64,000 nucleotides of DNA from Octopus sinensis (lineage: Eukaryota), in assembly GCF_006345805.1 (NCBI RefSeq), contig NC_043001.1, positions 18,786,001 through 18,850,000 of the forward strand, in the 5' to 3' direction. A program made the translations under genes and the position numbers. Within the stretch, counting starts at the first letter, position 1. The number at the start of each line of letters is the position of its first letter. Shown here in pieces: positions 11,931-26,865 of this stretch. The notes beneath the pieces were generated by a model. That model was given only the letters and a program-made list of their open reading frames with translations. It made no database searches and was not told the DNA's origin.

Positions 11931-13069
11931 GCATGTACATCGGTGTAAAATTTGGCCAGAAACTGGTGGGTATATTTATTTTATCCAAGTAGCGTAGATG
12001 AACTTTTCTCATTACTGCAAACAGAATTGCAGTGGCCCATCGGAAACGCTTATATCTGAGGATGCTATTGTTCATAACTCTATGAACAAATAAATATATA
12101 GAAGGAAACAAAGACGCCATGTTGTTTTAGTGCATTTGCGCTTGACGTGTAAAGCAAGAAATTAATTCCGAAATTGCTTTACTAGGAATTGCGGAAATCA
12201 TATTCTTAATGGCGATAGTAAATGAATGAACATCAGGCAAGCGCCAGGTAATTTAAAGTATGCATTTGGGTGTATTAATCAATGGAATTCTATAAAATAT
12301 TTATGATTAACCACTAGCTGCTAAGGTTAGCGTTCGTCAGTAATCAGGTATTCATTATACAGATATGAGCCAAAGTGCAAGAAATAAGTAAGCAAAACGT
12401 AAAAGAAGAAAATAGAAAAAGAAAATTATATGCTGAGTTTGTTGTGTTAGTTTCGAAATCAGTAATAACGCTTGGCTGAATAAGCAATTTTTTTCTGACG
12501 CAGAGTAGCAATAGTTTCATCATACTCTGTCTTTCCCTTGAATAAGTAAATATTGCTGTGTATTTAGAATATACAACAAAAATGTGACTGGACTATCAAT
12601 TATCCAACACTTCTATTTAATGCTTGGCCACCTCAAACTCAGGGATTCACTGCTTTCTAAATATTTGTATGATTCATCAATAGCCAGATAAAAATTCATG
12701 GAGAATAAAATTCCTACGTTTTTTCTGATGGTGTAGAAATGAATGCATATTGTATATGAAATAATGGCTGGCTTGGTTTTCATTTAGTGTGATAAGGTGA
12801 TGGAAGCTTTATGCGTTTGCAGGCGTTGATAGTGCTAACAAGTAACTGCTTGCTCGTTATTAGATCTTTATTGTAACTGTAAAGGAGAGCACTACAGCTA
12901 AATGACTTATAATAGGGTGGACTATCCGAATTGAATTTAAGGATTTTTCCGATAAAAATTTTCCAGAATAAATTTAACGCTAAGGCGACCGCGCGATGAG
13001 ATCTCGGATTTTCTGTTGAGTACTCTTGGTAACTATTTTCATAACATGGAACTTATCAAATAAACAAAA

Positions 13070-13400
13070 GCTAGATCAACATTACAACCTGGAGTACAAT
13101 GAGACTTTATCGATGATATTCCGGATTATGCAAATATTTCTAAGTATGCTGTCCCTTAATTTCCAGATATATTATGAGAGTGTGATAGAAATATTTCTGA
13201 CCCTCGATCCGAATGACTGTATATGCTAGTTACGTCGATTCTTAAAAGAAATTGCGGTGATTCCTGTATAAGTCCTCTCAAAACCATTTGCAAGCGCTAT
13301 CCTTCCTTTATATATTACCACCTTAGAGGGGCATATCCTTCAGATGGCCAGTTTAGCGCTTTTCTGTAATTGCAAGCCAGTTGTCGATTGCGAAATGTTT
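13070..13400 (-). pseudogene. Decayed Penelope-like GIY-YIG endonuclease
   Basis: Translation VVIYKGRIALANGFERTYTGITAISFKNRRN*HIQSF..SITLS*YIWKLRD fits the PLE GIY-YIG pattern (VIY..YIG.T..FK.R..H..SF..LS.YIW.LK); contains stops. Confidence 0.7.
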
Positions 13401-13621
13401 GCTTTTAATTGGCTTCCTCTCAATTTTTGCCTGTAATGTGAATAGTGATACTGTTCAGTTTTCTGTCAAGTTGTTCTTGATGAAGTGAGGTAATTGTGCA
13501 CAGCAGGGAAATTAATTTAATAGAAGAAAGTTTCTAATTATGATCGAGGTTATGATAGGATGGTTTGAACCATTTTATTTCCATTTCCGCAAGTGTGTGT
13601 GTGAGTATATATGTATGTATG

Positions 13622-13680
<59 letters not shown>

Positions 13681-13939
13681 TGGGTGTTCCTTGGATGATA
13701 TGATCTTGCTAAAACCATTTATAGTTGTAACGAGAAATGGTTTTCTAGTTACACAAAGGAGGCACATTTGAAGATATTCGTACGCAATATAAAAAGGAAA
13801 ATGTCAGAAATATGACACATTGAACTCAATTAGCAAAGGCAGTAACAACAGTACAATCATACGCAGACACACAAACACACACGTGCACACACATACACAC
13901 ACATACATGTGTGTATGTATATATCTATATCTATATCTG

Positions 13940-14171
<232 letters not shown>

Positions 14172-14259
14172 GCTACTTACCATACAGCCACTCGTACGCC
14201 TACCTAAAATTTGGGAATATTGGAATTAGCATATGCGTTTCAAGAGGACAAGAATTAGC

Positions 14260-14346
<87 letters not shown>

Positions 14347-14410
14347 TATATAGTATATATATATATAATATATATATATATTATATACACACATATACAC
14401 ATATACATAT

Positions 14411-14466
<56 letters not shown>

Positions 14467-14614
14467 GAATAATAAGGGAAAGTTCTTGGTACAATATTAT
14501 ATATGTTTGAAAGAATGAGTGGAGATGGCTTTTTTTGATAGTTTTATTTTAATCTTAATAAATAATATTTACAAAGACTATTTATCCCCTCAAAAAACCC
14601 ATCTCTACTTATTC

Positions 14615-14696
<82 letters not shown>

Positions 14697-14863
14697 GTAT
14701 GTATATATATATGTATATATGTATGTATGTATATATATATGTATATATGTATGTATGTATGTATATATATATGTATATATATATGTATGTATATATATAT
14801 ATATATATATATATGAAAGAATAAGTAGAGATGACTTTTTTGAGGGGATAAATAATGTTTGTA

Positions 14864-14900
<37 letters not shown>
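14260..14900. repeat. (TA)n arrays interleaved with inverted copies of a ~55 bp unit
   Basis: tgaaagaat(g/a)agt(g/a)gagatg at ~14508 (+), ~14590-14619 (-) and ~14815 (+). Confidence 0.85.
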
Positions 14901-14915
<15 letters not shown>

Positions 14916-15284
14916 ATATATGTGTGTGTGTGTTTAAAGTACAAAAATATGACAAGAACGCAAAACATCCAGACAGTTAGGTGAAACAAAAAAGGGACAA
15001 CAAAATATCAAGACAGACAATACAAGGAAAACAAGTACGGATCATTCGGAGTTTTTTTTTATCCCCAGTCGCGTTCCAGATTATCCGAACGAAGGTCGAG
15101 TGTACTGCAACTCAAGAAAAAGCCAGATTACATTACTTACGTACAATCGACATTTATTAATGAAAATAATTCCATACAACAATATATTGGTTCCGATGCA
15201 TCACGGTATCATATCAAAGATAGGAATCAATCTTATATAACATCCAACAACATTACTCTTGAGAGCTAGTATTTCTTTCATAAA

Positions 15285-15444
<160 letters not shown>

Positions 15445-15715
15445 CTTCCCTTCCTCTCTACCCCACTCTCTTTATACATCCACACCCACACCCACTACTT
15501 TTGTAAGTAGATATATTTATAAGAAATTCTCTGTTGCGTGTATTGTGTGTTACGTGCGCGCGCGTGTGTGTATGTTTCTGTGTTTCTCTGTGTTACGAGT
15601 GTGTTCGTGTTTGTATGTGTGCGTGCGTGCGCTTAGATTGATTATTTCAGCTCCAACATCGACTCCTCTATTAAGCTATTCTCACTTAATACTAAACGTA
15701 TATAAAAAAAAATGA

Positions 15716-16219
15716 TGTTAATAGCTGCGAGTTTTAAATGTATTCAAGGTTTACGTTTAATATATACGCTTAATGAAACTATGTAAGACATCTCCTATTA
15801 GAGAGGCGGGGTGCATAAATTCGTGGTTGGGCTCACGATCATATAGTTATTGTATCAATTTCTAAACGTTTAGGTGCGTTGTGACATTGATCATAGATTT
15901 TCCAGGCACACCCGCCAAGTCTTTATAAGTTTATGGGGCTGCATCTATTTCTCTATTTTAAGATAGCAAGATTTTATTACGAATGAAATATGATTGCTAT
16001 GTCTAGCAAGTCAAGCAGTCACACAAAGGCTTCTTTCTTGGGCCATTACCTCTTGATGCTCGTGTTTTACTACAATACATGTAACGTGTTAATAGCTGCG
16101 AGTTTTAAATGTATTTAAGGTTTACGTTTAATATATACGCTTCATGAAATTATGTAAGACATCTCCTGTATGAGAGGCGGCGTGCATAAATTCGTGGTTG
16201 GACTCACGATCATATAGTC
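15716..16219 (+). repeat. ~135 bp direct repeat (15716-15850 and 16088-16219)
   Basis: tgttaatagctgcgagttttaaatg...ctcacgatcatatagt present twice with a few substitutions. Confidence 0.9.
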
Positions 16220-16499
16220 AGGGAATCAATTTCTATAATATAACAGACATCATAAAAAATGCTTAAAACATGCTTTGCTTTGAGAATAAAATACAAATCT
16301 GATAGATTATTCACATGCGCATTCTGGAGCTATGTTCTGGCATATTTCGTATTACTACTCAAGGGATCAGCGAATTCGTAGATAATTGATACAGGATACA
16401 TTAGCAATTAAAATGCAGTTCCTCAAGATCAACGTGTTTATCAAGCGTCTGTATGGTTGTTAAAATGGCGCCTGAAAACTAGACCCCCCCAAAAAACAA

Positions 16500-16860
16500 G
16501 ACGTTTTTGATAGCAGATACCTCCGGGTAGGCTAGGCACCAAATGAAACGACTTTACCAGTTAGAAGAGCAAACCAACGCCCCGTGACCACCACCATCTC
16601 CAAGTGCTGACTGATTTGGAAGGAGCATGTCGTAAGACTCCTGACAAGCAAACTCCTCGCCCACCAAGTCCTTAAATGGGACCCTCATTGGTAACGGTGT
16701 AAGGGACGCCTCAAGAGGAACTAGCAGCAGACTATTGACAGGGAGCTTCAGCTGGTAAATCTACGATGGAACGATGCACTAAGGGTAACTACTTACCGAT
16801 CCTGTTGGAGAACTTTGATTGCCTCATGCGTCGCCCAACACGTGGAGACAAAATTTTTTA
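16500..16860 (+). mobile_element. Decayed RTE-type LINE 3' fragment
   Basis: Remnants of W.GHV.R..LLAHQVLKWDPH..RGRP..TIDREL..LRWNDALRV..DRSCWR. Confidence 0.6.
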
Positions 16861-17624
16861 GTAAATTTGTTAAATATTTTAGCAACTGATCTTTTGACTT
16901 TTAGGGCGTTGGAAAATTCCCTAACACGCCCTCTGGGTACGGATAACATTAAAATGTTATCCATTTCAAATATCCTGTAACTGGTTCAAGCAGCATATGG
17001 GTCTTGAAACATGTCGGAATTCATATATTATTCAATAACTAACAACCTTTGTAAATATGTATAAAAAAACCGTATTCGAACATAATAATTTTATTGAGTG
17101 CTGCGAGTATCTAATCTATGAGATAGCAATTTTTAACAAAGTTGTGTACACTTACATTAATAAAATTTCCCATTTTTACCTCTAAAATTAACTACTTTAA
17201 GCATTGTGTTGGCTTAATCCATGAAAATTGCTATGTAACAATCATTTCTCCCCTTATTTTAATATTGCTATCAATGTTTGCTTGACTGCAAACAACTTGT
17301 TTCGCTTAAAATTGATAGAAACGCATAAAAATGAATAAAATTCAAAGCAGTTTTCTTTTAGAATTCACTCGTTTGCTTGTAATTTTGCCCTTGTTACTCA
17401 AGCGGAAGAATAAGCTACAGTACGTATTTTTGCAAAGAATAATTAGAATTCTTGTTGTAATGTAATGAACCGCGAATAAATTTGATTTTAATTTATATTA
17501 GAGTAGGAATTTCGAAAATAATCAAACATTTACTGAATTAAAAACTGGGAACATAGACCCAACAAGGGAAAAGCTCCAAGGTCATGCGACTTGCTAGATA
17601 TGGCAAACATTTCTTTTATATATC

Positions 17625-18025
17625 ACTAGCAGTATCGCCCGGCGTTGCTCGGGTTTTTGAGGCAAATAACTATATAAGCATTTTTAGAGAGTTATACCCC
17701 CAAAATAGCAAAAAAATGCATTAAAAATGGAAAAAAAATTATGGTAAATTTTTTTTAAAATCGTTGACTCATCGTAGACATTTTTAGAGAGTTACTTCCC
17801 TTATATAATAGCGAGAAAAATGCATTAAAATGGAAAAAAATGATGGTAAAGTTTTTTAAAAATCGTAGACTCATCGTAGATGCGCGCTAATACCCAGAAG
17901 GGCTCGATATGAATCACGACTATAAGATACCCGGTTTTGGTTAAACTGCACCGCAAAATGTGGGAGTAGTTAGGAATCTAAATCGTAGGAGACAGACACA
18001 CAACTTGACTTTTATATATAAAGAT
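17625..18025 (+). mobile_element. Helentron-associated non-autonomous element (HINE/DINE-like)
   Basis: 5' actagcagtatcgcccggcgttgctcggg hairpin end, internal ~100 bp tandem duplication, 3' acagacac..ttttatatataaagat. Confidence 0.75.
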
Positions 18026-18464
18026 ATCTTAGCCTCTTAAAAAGAATGAGCTCGTGAAGGACAATATGGTCCTAGGGATGCGAGAAAATTTAACAAAACC
18101 GCACGATTAGAACGCTTTTGAATTTTAGGTCTGTTCGATCAGAGCTAACTTGGGGTTAAACAACAGCAATATACATTTATTGTCAGCTAGACATTGTCTG
18201 GCTTCCTTCAAAGACTGCTATGTAATTTAGAAGCTATTAGTGTCATGGATCCCAAGTTTCCAATGGGCGCAACTTTGATGTGCTATTTTAATGCCTGACG
18301 GTGATACGGTCGTACGTAATTTGAGGCTAGGGTCATCTCATTCGAAGAACTATGGATTTTTGAAAAATACAAATATATACGCATATATTTGTGTATGTAT
18401 GCATGTATATATGTATGGTATATATACATGCATGCATACGTACATACATACATACATACATACA

Positions 18465-18498
<34 letters not shown>

Positions 18499-18592
18499 AA
18501 TATATATATATAGATATATGTATGTATGTTTATATATATATATATATATACTTCTGTATATTTATGGACGCATATGCATGTTTGTACATATT

Positions 18593-18905
18593 TAGAGGGT
18601 GCGTAAGGTATTTGAAGACATAACTTTTTGGGGTCATTGCTGCATTTTTTACTAACTCTTTATAATCTTTGTTTCAGAAAATAATAATGGAAGACCCTCA
18701 GCTTAATCAAGAAATGAAAAGACATGCTGTTATTTTGCTTATAAAGGCTGAGCGTAGCGATTTAGAAATATCTCGATTTTTAAAAGTTGCCAGATCTTTC
18801 GTCTACAAAGTTTGTAAGGAGTTAGAGACTGGAGATGGAAACGTATCACCAGTATCTAAGCATAAAAAGCATTCTAAACGCTGTGAAATCATTAGAACAA
18901 CTGAA
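18593..18905 (+). pseudogene. Tc1/mariner transposase N-terminal HTH fragment
   Basis: ORF 18669-18908 MKRHAVILLIKAERSDLEISRFLKVARSFVYKVCKEL..; same broad family as the 4540-5480 remnant. Confidence 0.7.
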
Positions 18906-19071
18906 TGAATTTAATAAAGACATCGAAATATGAAACATCATGAAAGTTGTTCAAACTGAAGTCCTTGAACGACACATTTTCCCATTCGCGTCAGTACACA
19001 ATTACAGATAGTATTTAAAGAATTTCAATCTACTTTTGGACTACTCTGTGTATGTGTGTGTATGTGCATAT

Positions 19072-19104
<33 letters not shown>

Positions 19105-19129
19105 TGTTGTATTTAGGAATATTTAAACG

Positions 19130-19204
<75 letters not shown>

Positions 19205-20168
19205 GGAGAAAGAGAGAGAGAGAAAGAGAGAGCTATTTTATTTAATGCTTCCTCTAACTGCCACAGAAATAACCAATGATAAAAAACGTCCCATTCTTGA
19301 CCATAAATCTTTTTGTGTATCTAGAAACGATCAATATGTCTTTATTTTTTGAAGATGATGTCGTGTTGTTTGATGAAATTTGATTACTATTTCTAGCGAA
19401 GCGGAAGTCCAAGTAGAGGCGCACTCATTGTGTGTTGTAGCATTTAGTTTCAGGATCACAATAGTGTATCTATGACTCATTAACTTTAATGAAGAAGCTA
19501 AGCTGAGGAAATTAGAATTGATTTTCAGTCTTCGTCGTAGGTCCTCATATAGTTGTCTATGGTAGCTTATTGAAACATCAATCAAACAGTAACAGTTTCT
19601 TAGTGAAGCGTCGATTACTTTCTGTCATATGGAGCCGCCTTAACAGCAGACGATGCCATCAATCAACTTTAATGGGATTCAACTCTTACTGATATTCCGC
19701 CAATTTTAAAACGTTTTATTCACTGATAAATATCAGTCAATCTCAAGTTGTCTCCAATAAATTCTGTTTTTAACGTTTAGAGTATTTCTCTTCCATTTTC
19801 ACAATTTCTACCGGAAGAAAATTTGACATACACGTGACTCCTTGTTCCCCATTTTTCGTTTTCTTTCTATTTCCAACTGAAAAAGATCTTGTCAACATGC
19901 TTGTCAACATTGGTTATTATTGCTTTTAGTGGTGGTGGTGGTGGCGGTGGTGGGGTGGTAATGGTCAATTTTGATTCGGGAAACTTATGCTCAAAGGCGT
20001 TCTAGCCGTGACCTCAACGACTTTTTTGTTGCCCGGTGAAGAAATACTTGCCATTTTAAATCGAAAAATGAAAATTGAATTAAATAAATGTGTAAAAATA
20101 TGATGATAGTTGATTAAACTTCATTCCGTTAAGCTTAAACACCACTACTGAATATGTGTGTGCGTATG

Positions 20169-20214
<46 letters not shown>

Positions 20215-20218
20215 ATAT

Positions 20219-20259
<41 letters not shown>

Positions 20260-20287
20260 TATATTATATATATATATAATATGTATG

Positions 20288-20327
<40 letters not shown>

Positions 20328-20358
20328 TATATACACATATACATATACATATATACGC

Positions 20359-20424
<66 letters not shown>

Positions 20425-23271
20425 ATGTATATAATCAAATGAATAACTGATGGATAATTGTCAGCTCATTACAGCTGTCTCTTACGCATTTTTCTAATAA
20501 AAGAATTAGAACATTTCTTCATCGCAAAAAACCGCAATCATCAGATGAAACATAGTTTCAAAAGCAAACGAATAACCCAAGAATACAGCAAAGACGTGGC
20601 TGAAAGTTGCCGAGGCTTACCACAAAATGGGAGAATGACCAAGAAAATAGGCCGTTGGTGGAGTTCGGTTAAGAATTTAGTTTGTGAGAGGGTGTAATAT
20701 GATATTTATGGTCAGCCGTTCCGGGTAAAATAGGAGTCAGCTAGACTGATGCTTTTTGGGGATAGAGATGAAGTGTAGGTGATGAAAGTGTATAATTTAT
20801 TATGTCAGGCTTATTAATGTGGGTAGCTGGGAGAGAACAGAAGATAAAAAAAATAAAAAAATAAAGAAAAAGTAAAAAAATAAAGAGTAAAAAGTGAAGA
20901 ATATATAAGTACTTAAATAAAGCGAATTAGGTATAGAGTCGGGGTTTAGGATTCGCTAGTTGAGGCTGAAGATCAAAGAGAGGAGGGCAGCAATACCACA
21001 GATTTTAGTGGTATTCTGTTGATATAGGTGGAATAATGGTGGGAGGGTATGAAGGAAATCAAATGATTAGGTCTAACTATTGTGGAATTGTAGTATTTTG
21101 TGCGATTATTTGATCTGATAAAGAAGAAAGATGTAGGAAATATTGTATATATGTGTGTGTGTTTGTGTGTGTGTGTGAGTGTGGGTGTGGGTGTGTACGT
21201 TTTACTTGAGGCAAGACGATTCTCAACTTTGAAATATAAATGAACAACCAACAAGCCAACACATTATCTAATGCGTTTTCATTATCTAAGAGGTAGAAGA
21301 GTTTGGTTTACTGGAAAGACGGTAGCTATTTCTTGCAAGTCAAACAATTACAAAGTTCATTATCGACGTTCATTATATGGTACAGAGAAATGGTTTCTGG
21401 TATAGGTTCTCAGGTTTCTGATATTTTAACATGCTACTTTAACAGGTGTGCTATGTATACACATCGTCTCAGCAGAGTGCTTTCACCTTTTCACCTGGTT
21501 AATTCACATTCCACCGTTTTTCGTTTCCCTTTCATATATCCGTATATCCTCATCCTTTCATTCGTCACATTTTCCCGCTCTACTGCGTCTTTTTTTCACC
21601 CGTATTCTCTTTTCTAGCGCATTTATTTAATTTCTCTTCGTATGTATTTTTACATGTTACTCTTCATACCTGTAATGTAATGTAAAATATGATGTTCAAA
21701 AGGAAAGGAAATCCGGTAGTTATTTTCCTGATCCAGCCATGACGTTTCAATGGAGAAACAAATCGAAAAATTACATAAAAGATGCTTGAAATCTTCTGGT
21801 TGTGACTGATGTTATAAAGCGAACGGATGTAACAGAACGCAGATCTTAAATAGGAACATGCTCGGAACAGGTAGTAAATAATCGATTTTTTTCTTCAAAA
21901 TTTTAATTAAAATTTATTGTATGAGATATTGAATCAGATTTCTTTCACAGAATAATGTGCAAAAGATAATTAATAGCTGGTTGTGAATTATACGTCATTG
22001 GTGATTGTGCAAGTTCATTGTGAGCAACAAGTGTTAGTTAGATCACGACATTTCAACTTCAGTTATCAAAATATCTTAAAACAGAAGAAAATTTACGAAG
22101 TGGAAGCGAAGGCGTTTATAAATTTTGTTCATTTCATCCATCTTTAACGTGTAGAATATTTTCTTCCGCACTTCCATTCTAAATTTTGATGCCTTGTTCT
22201 CTTTTGATAAATATTGTACAGAAATATGCACGCTCTCTCTCTCCCTCTCTCTATCTCACACCCACCCACACACACACACACACATACACACACACAGAGT
22301 GCCTTTACAAGTTGCTTGACATGCTAGAAATACCGGCGGGTCAAAGCTTCCAAGCCTACTTCCTTGAAAACAACGATACACTAAACAACGTACTCTAAGA
22401 TATGCAATGCCAGAAAGACGGACGGATTGCCACAGTTGGAACGCTTTGATTAAAGGCGCTTGTTTAGTCATTATAGCTGGCTTTGGCTAAACAGCATTCA
22501 CACAGCAACAACGACAACAACCGCAACACAACACATATGTATTAACAGTAAAAGATATGTGAACTTCGAATTAATATGTATAACGCCTATGTCAGGCACG
22601 GCTTTTAGTGTTGCTACTTTCCATATTCCCTTGTTTAACAAATTCGAACGTAACTGTACATTGCAGCCAATGACTTCTCCTTACGGATACTTTTGGTGCC
22701 AAGTTCTGCTCAAGAGAAAAATATTCTATCAATAGATACTTCATTATAATTCTGATTCACGAATGACAATTTCTGAATATTTACGTAGTTACGCAATGCA
22801 TTCTGAATGTTCGCTTTGTAAAAACATAATTGCCGTATAACTGTTGACGCCATTATGTTTCTTTACTAGAAATCTATTTTCCAGTTAATTAATATTCTTT
22901 CAATAAAGTGCTGCTCAGCATTCATTTATCCTAATTAGAGCAAGTCAAAGAGGCAGCTTCTTTGTGGTTGTAACACCTGAATCTCTCTCAAATGATACCG
23001 TACCACCTTTAAAGAAAACAGAACATGTCAGACACACTGTAGTTTGAGACAAAGAGCCTGAACATATAAAATGGTCACAGTTAGAATATCTTTTATCATA
23101 GATAGCGTGGTACTCCGTCGGTTACGACGACGAGGGTTCCAGTTGATCCGATCAACAGAACAGCTTTACAAATCTTCACTTTACCGTTAATAGTTTGGAA
23201 TTGGAGAATGCGGCAGTTTCTTTGGTTCTTTCCTTAAAATCCAAGTATTTCTAGATTTTTGTACGCACATA

Positions 23272-23665
23272 GGCGCAGGAGTGGCTGTGTAGTAAGTAGC
23301 TTGCTTACCAACCACATGGTTCTGGGTTCGGTCCCACTGTGTGGAACCAGGGGTAAGTATCTTTTACGATAGCCTCGGGCCAACCAATGCTTTGTGACTG
23401 GATTTGGTAGACGGAAACTTAAAGAAGCCTGCCGTATATATCTATGTGCGTGTATATGTTTGTGTGTCTGTGTTTGTCCCCTCAACATCGCTTGACAACC
23501 AGTGCTGGTGTTTTTATGTCCCCGTAACTTAGCGGTTCGGCAAAAGAGACCGATAGAATAAGTACTAGGCTTACAAAGAATAAGTCCTGGGGTCGATTTG
23601 CTCGACTAAAGGCAGTGCTCCAGCATGGCCGCAGTCCCATGACCGAAACAAGTAAAAGAGTAAAA
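23272..23665 (+). mobile_element. SINE-A, full length
   Basis: Matches the other SINE-A copies end to end. Confidence 0.9.
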
Positions 23666-23794
23666 CAGTACATAACTTAATGCATCTATGATGATAGGTA
23701 CAAATGAAAATGCATGTATGTATGTAAACATGTATGTATGCCATGCATGCATACATGCATATAATATGTATGTATGTATGTATGTATATATGTA

Positions 23795-23887
<93 letters not shown>

Positions 23888-25417
23888 AATATATATGTGT
23901 GTGTGTATACATACCCAGACATCCGGTAGTTTTCTATATATCTTATCCATACGAGCTCTTGAGTGTTCAAGGCTATGGCGTTTCCGAGGTTGAAATACCG
24001 GTCGATGTAATCTAATGCGAAAGAAACCTTTTAGCACACGACTCCGTGCTTGCGTTCATAAATTACTCTTAAACGAAGATCAAACATATCATTCACTTTT
24101 GAAGTGTGTTAAAATATAGACGTATATTCCTTGATAAAGGAAGCCACAGTGTAGATACATGAAAGTATATGTAATGTGTAGAAGAGAAGTTTAGTTGTGA
24201 TATTGCTAATTGACGGATTTGGAATCCATTGAAGACTTTAAATGTTGTAAGGAGATGACTTAATAAAAAGGTCCATAAGGAATGAATCAATAAGAGACGA
24301 GGCTTTCATCGAGGCGATAGAATGAATAATAAGGTAATGAAATACGAGGTGTTACTCTGGATTAGAGGATTAGTAACGGGGGAGAGGGGGAATAAATTTA
24401 ACTCATACAACACAATTCTGCTTGCTATTTCCAAAATGTCTTCATTACTCTGTAAGAAATATTCATGATCACATGGCAGAATATGTTCTGAAAAATTTGT
24501 GCATTTGATTTCTTTGAATTCATTCACCGTGTCGATTTTCAAAATGTGATAAATGACTAATGCAGTCTCTCGTTTAATACATTAATTGTAGATAAAAGTA
24601 ACGACATTTTCGTTAGTGAAATCTTTACGTATCAGGTTTCGTTCATTTAGAAAGCAAGTGTTACGAAACAATGTCTGCTTGGAGACTGCAACCGCTGACA
24701 TGCTATAGGAAAACGATTTTTGCAGCGATTAAAAAAAATATATTGATAACTCTTTGTATCCGCAAATGATATTGTTAGCCCCATATGATGTTGCAGCCAT
24801 GATGAAAAAGAAAAAAACACACGCACACAACGCCATCTTTGAAATACAAAAGAAATAAATTCCATAGCTGACAGAGTAACGTTTCGTAACGCACCGGGAA
24901 GTTCTGGATTTCAATGAAGCATAGTAAATTATGGTTTTGAGGAAGGATATACAAAAACGTTGTTGTGTAATATATACCATATTGCACAAGTTACAAGTAA
25001 AAAATGATCGTAATATAATGAAATAGCTCGAAATATGAAATATGATGCAAAGCAGCCGGTTAAACGAAGTGATATGTGAGAACATATTTTAATGAAACAA
25101 TTATATATGCATTATGAAAAACTGTTTCGATATTTCTCGATGTTGGTTCAGAATAAATGTATTCTTATAATGAAATGTTGTTTGAAATGTTGCAGAATCT
25201 ACAACAACGTTTCTATTGTAAAAGATATTTTGAACGATTTGGCAGAAGACATTTGCTGCGTTTTTTTTAATTTAGATGAATCATTCCAAGAGATCTTTCG
25301 GTATTTGCTGAAGAAGAAACAGATTAGCACACAGTATTTGAGTCATATTTCTCACTGTAGCCGCGAAGCGAAGAATAGTTTTGTAAATAATAGTTTCATT
25401 CATAAGTTAATAAGTTC

Positions 25418-25636
25418 GTTGTGTCTGGGGAGAGTCAGTTTCTTTTTGTGCCTTATAATTTAACACACTCACCGGTAAGATTTCCACTTATTCCTTATTT
25501 TTATTTGACTATTGAAAAGATTGCAAGACGCAACGAAAATTTTAGGAAAATAAAAATAAGGAATAAGTGGAAATTTTACCGGTGAGTGTGTTAAATTATA
25601 AGGCACAAAAATAAAATGACTCTCCCCAGACACAAC
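25418..25636. repeat. ~220 bp imperfect palindrome (arms ~89 bp, spacer ~41 bp)
   Basis: gttgtgtctggggagagtca...ttattt pairs with aaataa...tgactctccccagacacaac. Confidence 0.9.
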
Positions 25637-26156
25637 ATAATATGCTACAACACACGAACTCATATAAAGAATCTTGCAAACCAAATCCAAAAAGTTAATA
25701 ATTTTGTTGAACGAAAAAAATCAATGCATTCAACAACCAAATATGACATACTTATTATGGCTAACGCCCTAAAGAATGCAAGACGACGTTGATTTCGCAG
25801 AAGATCGTTACTAAATTTTGTCCACTGTTTAATACTTTCTTATAATAAGCTGCTCTAAATAAATGTTATTGTTTCATTATAAGGGCGGTTAAATGCGGCA
25901 AACTAAACTTGAAGAATCGTTAGAGTGTTGGAAAGATACTTTGCAGTATTTGTTCTGGTATTTCACATTCTGAGTTCAATACTCGCCGAGGTCCACTTTG
26001 CCTTTTATCCTTTCAGAATTGATGTATTACAGTATCAGGAAAACATCGGGTTTAATGGACTTACACATTCTTCAATTTCCTTTCCTTGTGCATTTGAGGA
26101 ACCATTGTTCTTATTGTGCAGCCGGGGTCAGATCTGGTCAAATATATCTATGATGT

Positions 26157-26428
26157 GGTGGCACAATAGCCCAGTGGTTAGGAAAGCCGACTCGCGGTCA
26201 TAGGATCGCGGTTTCGATTCCCAAACCGGGCGTTGCGAGTGTTTATTGAGCGAAAACACTTAAAGTTACTCGAGGCTCCGGCAGGGGCTGGTGGCGAACC
26301 CTGCTGTACTCTTTCTCCACAACTTTCTCTCACTTGTCACACTCTGTGTCACACTGAATCTCCTCGAGAACTACATTAAGAGTACACGTGACTGTGGAGT
26401 GCTCAACTACTTACACGTTAATTTTACA
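26157..26428 (+). mobile_element. SINE-C with alternative tail 2
   Basis: Head and body match 4023; tail ctgtgtcacactgaatctcc...acgttaatttt differs. Confidence 0.8.
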
Positions 26429-26443
26429 CGCTCACACATACAG

Positions 26444-26477
<34 letters not shown>

Positions 26478-26865
26478 CGACATAAAATTTGAATTGGGTC
26501 ATTCCGTCTGTTGCTCTAAAATTTCATCGAGATATAATCGAAGTGGAATGATGCTATTACTAAATCAATATAAATCAGTGCTATTGTAGCTACCCTGTGT
26601 GTATAAACACTTCATTTGCATTTAACAAGAAACAATATATTTCATACACACACACACACACTCACATACACAAAGCAATTACGAATCTGATAACGTCTAA
26701 TGTTAGATTATAAATGTGCATATATTCTCATTGTGATTAGTCCATGTAACTGTTACTAAATGTTTAAATAATGAACTTGTGAAGTTAAGGGATTTAGGCG
26801 AGGAAGGATGACGCCATCAAATATTTATTGGGCGAAAATGAAATTCGTAAGTGAAACAGGGAATA

